NCBI GenBank assembly: GCA_963796755.1
Contig: CAWCMX010000005.1
Coordinates: forward strand, 840,805-904,804
Reading direction: 5' to 3'
DNA: 64,000 nucleotides
Source of the DNA: an uncultured Acidimicrobiia bacterium
GTDB taxonomy: Bacteria > Actinomycetota > Acidimicrobiia > IMCC26256 > JAENVU01
The notes beneath the pieces were generated by a model. It was not told the origin of the DNA. It saw only the letters and a list, made by a program, of their open reading frames with translations, and searched no databases. Positions 56,660-64,000 of this stretch are shown here, one piece after another; the stretch's first letter is position 1, and every line of letters starts with the position of its first letter. A program made the position numbers and the translations under genes.

Positions 56660-59073
56660 TCATCGAACGCGGCTCAGTCCGGGCGGGTACGACGTGCCCG
56701 CGGCCGGGCAGTGCAGGTGCACGAAGTTGGTCTCATCGCCCCAGCGGAGCTCGACGGTCCGGGAGGACCCGGGCTCCAGCGGGACCGCGACCTCGCCGAT
56801 CGGACTGGATCCGTGCGGCGGGCCCGGACGTCGAAGCGGCCCGAGTCGAGGACCTCGCCCGCCCCGTCCGGCACCGCGATCGAGGACGCCGTCGTCCGGG
56901 AACGCGAGCCCGATGCGGAACCCGTCGGGATCGGGTGCGATCACCGCGGAGGTCGCGTCGCGGATCTCCCAGCGCAGCGGCCCGTGCCACGCCGCTTCGG
57001 TGTCGTTGACCAGGAAGACCGGCAGCGTCACCTCGCCGGGCTCGTAGACCGACCGGTCCGTGCGGGCGGTGGCGAGCACCGGGCGGGAGGCCTCCCGCCA
57101 CGCGGTGTACGTGCGCTTCGGGGCGCGCTCGAGGTCCACGAGCCCGCCGCCCGCGTAGCCCCACCAGTCGGCCCAGAAGTGCCAGCGGTAGCCCATGAAC
57201 GGCGCCCCGCGATGGATCCGGAACCACTCGGTCTGGTGCTTGGCGAGCGCGGCGCCGTACGTCTCGGTCGCGTCGGCCCACTCGCGCAGGGAGTCGTAGC
57301 GGTCGGGCATGCCCGCGAAGCCCACCGTCGAGCCGATGAACGACAGGCGACTCACCCACTCGCGCATCTGCCCGGTGGTGGGAGGCCAGCCGCGGTCGCC
57401 CCACTTCTCGGCTTGCGGGCCCGACGGTCCAGAAGCCGTACTCGCTGACGAACCACGCGGGGAGCTCGGAGACCCGGTAGAGGTTCCGTCCCGTGAGCGA
57501 GCCCGCGTAGGAGTGGACGTCGTCACCGATGCCCGACGCCTCCTGCACGTGGCGCGAGTCGTCGATCGACTGCAGCGTCGCGAACAGTGCGGCATCGAGG
57601 TGCCGTTCGCCGACGTCGCGCTCGGGCGTGTCGTCCTCGGGCGCGGTCGGGACGAACATCCGCAACGGCTCGTTGTGGCACGCGTAGTAGACGACGCTCG
57701 GATGGGAATGGAGCAGGTACGCCATGTCGGCGATCTGGCGTTGGGCCTCCGCGACGAACCCGGGGTTGGTCTCGGTCCCGGAGTCGTAGAACCACTGGAG
57801 GGGGAAGTCCTGGAACGTGAGGACTCCGGCGGCGTCGGCCGCGTCGTACGCGTGCGGCGACTGGACGTTCGCGTGCACCCCGATGGAGTTGCCGTGCGCG
57901 TCGGCGATGAGGCGCATGTCGCGGTCGTAGAACGCGCGGCCGACCTCGGCGAAGTGCTGCCACGGGATGTAGTTGACCGCCTTGACGAACACCGGGTGAC
58001 CGTTCACCTCGAGGTGCCGCGCGTGGCCCTCGGCGTCGGTGACCACCCGTGCGGTGCGGAGCCCGAAGCTCACGGTGCGGCGGTCGGTGACCCGGTCCGC
58101 CACGACCGCGACCGCGGTCAGCGTGTGGAGATCGGGCGCGCCGTGCGGTGAGTGCACCGGCTGCCACCGACCCAGCTCCGGCAGCTCCGTGATGACGTCG
58201 ATGCGTGCCGACCCGGGAGCGAGCGTGACGTCGAGCGCGGCGCTGCTCGCCCTCGATCGTGAGGTGGATCGTGGCCCCCCGGACCGCGTCGGCATGGTTC
58301 GTGAGGACCGCCGCGATCTGGATCGCACCGGTCTCGTGGTCGAGCGGGGTCACGAAGAGCGCGCTGATCGCGACGTCGCCGGTGCGAGCGAGGCTGACCG
58401 GTCCGGTGATCCCCGCCGTCGTCATCGACTGTCCCCACTCGGGGGTCCAGACCGCGGGGGAGTCGTCGCCCTCGAGGGCATGGCTCATGCGGCCGGGCAG
58501 CCCACCGGGCCGGCTGTCGTGGTACTTCAGCGTGCCCTTGATGATCCGCTTCTTGTGCCTGAAGAAGAACTGGTCGGGGTCGAGCTCCTCGAGCGGGTCC
58601 TGCACCCGCACCAGGACTTCGTTGTTCTTCTGCAACCGGTCGGTCACGTCGAAGCCGAAGGGCGCGAAGTACCCCTCGTGGTGCCCGAGCGGCTCGTCGT
58701 TGAGCCAGACGTCGGCGAAGTAGTCGACCGCGGCGAAGCACAGTCGGGCGTGCTGCGGGTTGCCTTCGGGCGCATCGACGCGCGGATCGGCGAACTTCCG
58801 GCGGTACCACATGGGCCCGAAGAAGTCGGAGAACTCGTTGTCGTACCCGAAGTTGTCCGGCACCACGATCTTCTGCCACTCGGCGTCGTCCGCCCGCCGT
58901 TCCCACCGGCCGCCGAGATCGATGACGATCCGGCCCCCGCCCGGCGGCGGTGCCGCGTCATCCGTGTGGTCGGTCCAGTCGATGCTCGTCGCGACCGCGA
59001 CCGGCGCGAACTCCGACGTCTCGGCGACCGGCGCGGGCGCGGGGCGAAGCCGGTCGACGGGCCGGAGCTTCAT
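56660..59073 (-). pseudogene. glycoside hydrolase family 2 (beta-mannosidase/beta-galactosidase-like), about four apparent frameshifts (~58215, ~57420, ~56878, ~56815)
   Basis: ATG 59073 overlaps the galK stop (ATGA). The sugar-binding domain reads …MWYRRKF…LCFAAVDYFADVWLNDEPLGHHEGYFAPFGFDVTD (57523..59970). The TIM barrel reads …VNYIPWQ…YACHNEPL…WFVSEYGF (56733..58328). The C-terminal part lies in 56660..57595. Confidence 0.75.
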
Positions 59074-60157
59074 GGCCTGTTCTCCGGGACCGCCGCGACC
59101 GGTCCCGCACCGTCCACCGCCCGGACGACGAACGCGTGGGCCTGGAGGCCGGTCTGCTCGTCGTACGCGGCCACAGTCTTGGCCGCGCAGTCGTCGGCGT
59201 GGTTCCGTTGCACCATCGCGACGACACAGCCGCCGAATCCGGCGCCGGTGAGCCGAGCGCCGATCGCCCCGTGCTCGACGGTCAGGTCGACCAGCAGGTC
59301 GAGCTCCGGGGTCGATACCGCGAAGTCGTTGCGCAGGCTGGCGTGGCTCGCGAGCAGCAGCGGGCCGAGGGCATGCACCTCGTTGTCGGTCAGTGCCCGG
59401 GCGAAGTCCAGCACGCGCTGGTTCTCGGTGACGACGTGACGGGCGATCGGGTCGTCCGCGACCTGGTCCAACGTCGCGTCGCGCGAGCGCAGCCACACCG
59501 ACTCGGTGGGCCGCGGCTTCGCAGGCCGCGCGCCGTGCCGCGTACGCGGCTCCCCACCAGGGTGCGGGCGACGCCGGAATGGACGACGAGCACCGCGTGA
59601 GAGCGGGGGAGGGCCACCGGCGTGACGTCGAGTGAGCGGCAATCGAGCAGGAGCGCGTGCTCCGCGACGCCGAACAGCGAGGCCATCTGGTCCATGAGCC
59701 CACCCGGCACCCCCGTCGCGAGCACCTCCGCCCGGAGCGCGGCCCGGGCCACGACCCGGCGGTCCGGCAGGTCGAGCGCGCCGGCGTCGCCGAGCGCGAG
59801 GGTGAGCGCGACCGACAGCGCGGAGCTGGACGAGAGGCCGGAGCCGGGCGGAACGGTGGAGGCGATGGTGCCGTCGAATCCGGTCGGGGGTCGCCCCAGC
59901 TCGCGGAGGGCCCGGAGCACCCCGGCCACGAAGCGGCCCCACGCCGGCTCGACGCCGCTCGGATCGTCACTTCCGTCCGCGGCCAGGTCCACCGGGCCGT
60001 CCAGCTCCCGGGACCGGACCCTCACCCGGCCGTCGGCTCCGGGGGTCCCGGTGACGAGGCACTCGCGGTCGATGGCGAGCGGGAGGCAGAACCCGTCGTT
60101 GTAGTCCGTATGGTCGCCGATGAGGTTCACCCGGCCCGGCGCCCGCAGCCCGATCAC
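59070..60157 (-). pseudogene. galK: galactokinase, two apparent frameshifts (~59560, ~59500)
   Basis: APGRVNLIGDHTDYNDGFCLP and PPGSGLSSSSAL lie in 59390..60157. AYAARRAACEAAA is a short piece in the 57523..59970 frame. …ENQRVLDF…ASHASLRNDFAVSTPELD…GARLTGAGFGGCVVAM lies in 59070..59942. Confidence 0.8.
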
Positions 60158-60218
60158 CGCCGGGACCTTAGAAGAGCCGCGACATCAAGTGGGGCGCCGC
60201 ATGGTCGATAATGCACCC

Positions 60219-61125
60219 ATGACTCGCATGCAACGCTCCTGGGCCCTGGCGAAAGCCAGCTGGGCCGTGTTGAAGTCCGAGAAGGGCTTGCTGTGGCTGC
60301 CGGTGCTGTCGTTCGTCTTCTCGGCGCTCGTCGTCGGCATCTTCGCCCTCGCGGTCTGGGCCACGCTCGGCAAGGACACCGGCATCAACGGTGACACCGA
60401 GTACTCCGCCAACGTCGTGACCTACGTCCTCGGGTTCTGCACCTACATCGGTGTGGCGCTCGTGCAGACGTACTTCCTGGCGGCGCTCTGCGCCGGCGCG
60501 AACGAGAAGCTCGAGGGTCGCGACACGAACCTCGGCATGGCGCTCGGCGTCGCCCAATCACGGCTGCACCGGATCCTGCCGTGGGCCGTGGTCTCCGCCA
60601 CCCTGTCGGTCATCATCCAGGCCATCGAGGAGCGCTTCGGCCTCCTCGGCCGGATCATCGGCGGCCTCATCGGCGCCGCGTGGAACGTCGTGACGTTCCT
60701 CACCGTCCCGATCATCGTGTTCGAGGACCTCGGTCCGTTCGCCGCGCTGAAGCGCTCCGCGCACCTGCTGAAGCAGACCTGGGGCGAGAACCTGATGGCG
60801 CAGATCGGCCTCGGGCTCATCGGGCTCATCGCGTTCATCCCGGGTGCCATCGTGATCGCGCTCGGCATCTCGGCGGGCGACGTGGTCATCACGGTCCCGC
60901 TGGTCGCGGTCGGTGCCGTGCTCCTCGCGATCGCGGCGCTCGATCGTCTCCGCGCTGAGCGGGATCTACCGCACCGCGCTCTACCGCTACGCGGTTGACG
61001 GCCAGGTTCCGCCGGCCTTCGGCAGCACGGACATGGAGCACGCATTCGGCAAGCGCAAGAGCATCGGCGGGTTCGGCTCGGGATCGACCTCGACCGGCGG
61101 CTTCGCCGGCCCGTCACCCAACTAG
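60219..61125 (+). pseudogene. DUF6159-like integral membrane protein, one apparent frameshift (~60940)
   Basis: The gene starts at ATG 60219 (MTRMQRSWALAKASWAVLKSEKGLLWLPVLSFVFSALVV…) in ORF 60120..60998. The tail IVSALSGIYRTALYRYAVDGQVPPAFG… lies in ORF 60913..61125. Confidence 0.65.
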
Positions 61126-61129
61126 CCGG

Positions 61130-62057
61130 TCAGGCGTCGCGCAGGGCCGCCGCGGCGGCTTCGGGCGCGACCGGGTTGCCCAACGTCCCGGTCCCCACCT
61201 CGGCCGAGGCGACGTAGCGCTGCGAGTCAGCGGACCGGGTCGGTGGCGCGAAGTGCACGTGGACGTGCACGCCGTGGTGCACCCACATCAGGTACGGCAT
61301 CTCCCGGTCGAAGAGTCGGTCGTAGCGCGCCACGAGGTCGACGAGCGCGGCCGCGAGACCGTCCCGTGACGCGCTCGTCGAGCGCGGGGAGTCCGTCGTG
61401 ATGCTCGTGCGGCGCCATGATGACGCCGTACGGATACGCGGACGCGAAGGGGACGTAGGTGACCCACCCGTCGTCATCGCGCACCACCCGCGCTCCGGCC
61501 GCAACTTCGTCGTGGACGGCGGCGCAGACCGGGCAGCCGTGCTCGGCGGCGACCGCGGCCTCGGTGCGGGGGACCGGCGGAACGAACGGGAAGGCGTAGA
61601 TCTGTCCGTGCGGGTGCGGGATGGTCGCGCCGACGACCGCGCCGCGGTTCTCGAACACGAGGACGTATTCGTTCTCCGGCCGCGCGAGCAACGCCTCGGT
61701 GCGATCGGCCCAGAGGTCGACGACCCGGCGCGAGCCCTCGACCCCGATCGTGGCGAGGGAGCCGTCGTGGGAGGGGGAGTAGAGGACGACCTCCGAGGCA
61801 CCGCGACCGGGGAGCGCGACGAAGCCGGAGCCGTGGGCGAGCGCCCCGTCGACATCGATCGGCGCGCCCGGTGCCAGCGTGGGCCACCGGTTCTCGAAGG
61901 CGCGCACGGTGTAGGAGTCCGGCGCTTCGAGGCCGCCGACGCAGAACGGGCACGGCGTGGACGCCGCCGTGTCGGGCGCGAGGTTGGGCCGAGCCTGGCG
62001 GTCCGCCACGATCGCCACCCACTCGCGGGTGAGTGGATCGAGCCGCAGCTCGCTCAC
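61130..62057 (-). pseudogene. galT: galactose-1-phosphate uridylyltransferase, one apparent frameshift (~61375)
   Basis: GTG 62057 overlaps the upstream stop (GTGA). …RLDPLTREWV…CPFCVGG…ENRWP…VLVFENRG…GATIPHPHGQIYAFPF (HxHxQ) lies in 61227..62138. The C-terminus …ALVDLVARYDRLFDREMPYLMWVHH… lies in 61130..61855. Confidence 0.8.
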
Positions 62058-62953
62058 GCGAGCTGCGGGAGCACCTCGGCGGCGAAGCGGTCGAGCCCTT
62101 CGACGTCGAACGGCGCGCGGATCGCGAGGATGAGCCACTCGGCGCCGGCGTCGCGATATTGGCCGGCCCGGTCGATCATCTCGTTCACACTCCCGGTGAG
62201 CACGCCGGGGCGGACGAACTCGGAGATGTTGCCGAACTGTGCTCTGAGTGCTTCGTCGCTGAATGCGATGCCGACGTTCACCGAGCGCGTGATCTCCGCC
62301 GGGTCGCGGTTCGCAGCTTCACAGTGCCGGTCGAGCACGCCGACCTTGTGCGCGTAGTCCTTGGGCGAGATGAACGGCACGTTCCAGCCGTCGGCGTAGC
62401 GCGCCGCGGTGCGCAGGGTGACCTTCTCGCCGCCGCCCCCGATCCAGAGTGGGAGGCGCGCCTGCACCGGCTTCGGCTCGCAGCGCGCGTCAGCCAGGGT
62501 GAAGTACTCGCCCTCGAAGCTCGTGACGTCCTGCGTCAGCAGTCCGCGCACGCACTGGATCGCCTCCTCGACCTGGCGCAGCCGTACTCCCACCGCCGGG
62601 AAGTCGATGCCGTACGCGCGGTACTCCTCCGCGAGCCAGCCCCCGCCCAACCCCATCGTGATCCGCCCGTCGGAGAGCTGGTCCAACGTCGCCGCGGCGT
62701 TGGCGAGGACCGCTGGATGCCGGTACCCGACGGAGTAGACGAGGCTGCCACAGCGGACGCGCGACGTGGTCGCGGCGAGTGCCGCGTGGCTCGCCACCGC
62801 CTCGAGGCAGTGCGGGTTCCCCGTGCCGTCGGCGGCGTAGAAGTGGTCCCAGATCGAGATCCAGTCGAACCCGAGATCCTCGATGTGCAACCACAGCGAC
62901 CGGAGCTCCGGGATGCTCGTGTTCTGCAGGCCGGTGTGCACGCCGAACTTCAT
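62054..62953 (-). CDS. LLM-class F420-dependent oxidoreductase
   Basis: Intact 299-aa ORF. MKFGVHTGLQNTSIPELRSLWLHIEDLGFDWISIWDHF…LDQLSDGRITMGLGGGW…LPLWIGGGGEKVTLR…. Confidence 0.85.
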   Translation of the reverse strand: MKFGVHTGLQNTSIPELRSLWLHIEDLGFDWISIWDHFYAADGTGNPHCLEAVASHAALAATTSRVRCGSLVYSVGYRHPAVLANAAATLDQLSDGRITMGLGGGWLAEEYRAYGIDFPAVGVRLRQVEEAIQCVRGLLTQDVTSFEGEYFTLADARCEPKPVQARLPLWIGGGGEKVTLRTAARYADGWNVPFISPKDYAHKVGVLDRHCEAANRDPAEITRSVNVGIAFSDEALRAQFGNISEFVRPGVLTGSVNEMIDRAGQYRDAGAEWLILAIRAPFDVEGLDRFAAEVLPQLA

Positions 62954-63006
62954 CGCGCGGACCCTAGCGAACGGGTCCCGGCGACGGCCTCCCCTACAGT
63001 GGGAGC

Positions 63007-63834
63007 GTGCTCGACGTCGAACAGTGGCCCACCTTGCGCGACCCGGTGATGCTCGTCGCGCTGACGGGCTGGGTGGACGGTGGGCTCGCCGGGACCGGCA
63101 CGCTGGCCGCGGTCGCCGAGGCGCTCGAGTCTCCCCGGAAGTTCGCGTCCGTCGATCTCTCGGACCTGTTGGACCTGCAGCAGACGCGGCCGACCGTCTC
63201 GCTCATCGACGGCGTGACGCGCCGGATCGAGTGGCCGTCGATCGAGCTGGTCGCGGGCCGCGCCGGCCGCGACGTGGTCATCGTCGCGGGTCCCGAGCCG
63301 TCGGTGCGCTGGCGCGACGTCACCTCCGACCTCGTGCAGGTCGCACAGCACCTGGACGTCAAGCTCGCGGTCACGCTCGGCGGCATGCCGGCACCGGTCT
63401 CGCACCGGCGCCCGGTGAGCGTGCTCGCGACCGCGTCGAGTCGTTCGGTGGCCCAGGAGGTCGGCGCGCTGCGATCCGACTACTTCGGGCCGACTGGCGC
63501 GCAGACGGTGCTGCAGGTCGCGCTGGGCGAAGCCGGGATCCGCGCGGTCGGCTTCTGGGCCCAGGTGCCGCACTACGTCGCGGCCACCCCGTCGCCGCCC
63601 GCGATCCGGGCGATGCTCGAGCGGCTGCGCGAGGTCGCGGGCCTGACCGTCGACCTGCACGCGCTCGACGAGCAGAGCGACGCGTACTTCGAGCGGGTCG
63701 AAGAGGGGTTGAGTGAACGGCCGGACGTCGCCGACATGGTGACCCAGCTGGAGTCCGAGGCCCCGCCCGACGAAGCGGTGTCGGGTGAGGACCTCGCTCG
63801 CGAGATCGAGCGGTTCCTGCGCGACGAGCGTTGA
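63007..63834 (+). CDS. PAC2 (proteasome-assembly-chaperone-like) family protein
   Basis: Intact ORF (GTG start). …LRDPVMLVALTGWVDGGLAGTG…VIVAGPEPSVRW…VTLGGMPAPVSHRRP…GFWAQVPHYV…. Confidence 0.8.
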   Translation: MLDVEQWPTLRDPVMLVALTGWVDGGLAGTGTLAAVAEALESPRKFASVDLSDLLDLQQTRPTVSLIDGVTRRIEWPSIELVAGRAGRDVVIVAGPEPSVRWRDVTSDLVQVAQHLDVKLAVTLGGMPAPVSHRRPVSVLATASSRSVAQEVGALRSDYFGPTGAQTVLQVALGEAGIRAVGFWAQVPHYVAATPSPPAIRAMLERLREVAGLTVDLHALDEQSDAYFERVEEGLSERPDVADMVTQLESEAPPDEAVSGEDLAREIERFLRDER

Positions 63835-63862
63835 GCCACCCCGAACGGACAAGGAGATCAGT

Positions 63863-64000
63863 GTGAGTGTCGTCAAGATCAACGCGATCACGGTGGAGCC
63901 CGAGCGGGCCGAGGAGCTGGTCGCCCGGTTCGCGGCCCGCGCCGGCGCCGTGGGTGGCTCCGAGGGCTTCGAGGCGTTCGAGCTGCTGAAGCCCAACGAC
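63863..64000 (+). CDS. antibiotic-biosynthesis-monooxygenase (ABM) family protein, 5' part only (runs off the window)
   Basis: AAGGAG lies 6 nt upstream of GTG 63863. Hand translation gives VSVVKINAITVEPERAEELVARFAARAGAVGGSEGFEAFELLKPND…, a typical ABM-fold N-terminus. Confidence 0.7.
   Translation, partial: MSVVKINAITVEPERAEELVARFAARAGAVGGSEGFEAFELLKPND

Noticed and set aside
1-64000. Programmed ribosomal frameshifting or transcriptional slippage as the explanation for the many frame changes.
   Set aside because: There are far too many sites, in unrelated genes, in both directions (+1 and -1). I saw no shared slippery heptamer or downstream structure at the junctions I inspected.
1-64000. 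CRISPR arrays, rRNA genes or large direct repeats.
   Set aside because: Reading through the window, I noticed no periodic repeat-spacer pattern, no rRNA-like conserved blocks and no long duplicated segment.

Overview
High-GC, gene-dense chromosomal segment of actinobacterial type. F420/LLM oxidoreductases, WS/DGAT, DinB, ECF sigma factors, GAF-ANTAR regulators and a DUF222-HNH gene point that way. I reconstruct about 70 protein genes on both strands. I recognised no rRNA, tRNA, CRISPR array or transposase. Content is mostly accessory metabolism and regulation:
- lipid and sulfur enzymes at 0-5 kb
- a secreted GH16 glucanase
- SoxR with its operator
- an OmpR/HK pair followed by ApbE and a ferric-reductase-like membrane protein
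- a run of GNAT genes
- an ECF sigma with a membrane-anchored beta-propeller partner
- an SOS-box-controlled HNH/DUF222 gene
- acyl-CoA carboxyltransferase, an ABC-2 exporter, EtfBA, XthA, PurK and two GAF-ANTAR regulators
- a UvrD2-like helicase
- a GH36/GH2/galK/galT sugar cluster

Two things stand out.
1. Roughly half of the genes can only be read end to end by switching reading frame. I count about 55-60 apparent +/-1 frameshifts. They are strongly clustered: none in about 19.4-26.2 kb or 27.05-41.9 kb, but about 12 in 49.2-51.3 kb. Several occur as compensating pairs. I label these genes 'pseudogene' because that is what the sequence shows, but assembly indels are an equally good explanation.
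2. The most unusual gene (52707..54642) appears to encode an ECF sigma factor fused to ankyrin repeats and a C-terminal F1-ATPase-beta-like domain that lacks the Walker A loop. I do not recognise this architecture as a described ECF group.

All product calls come from reading the supplied translations and motifs by eye. No database search was run.
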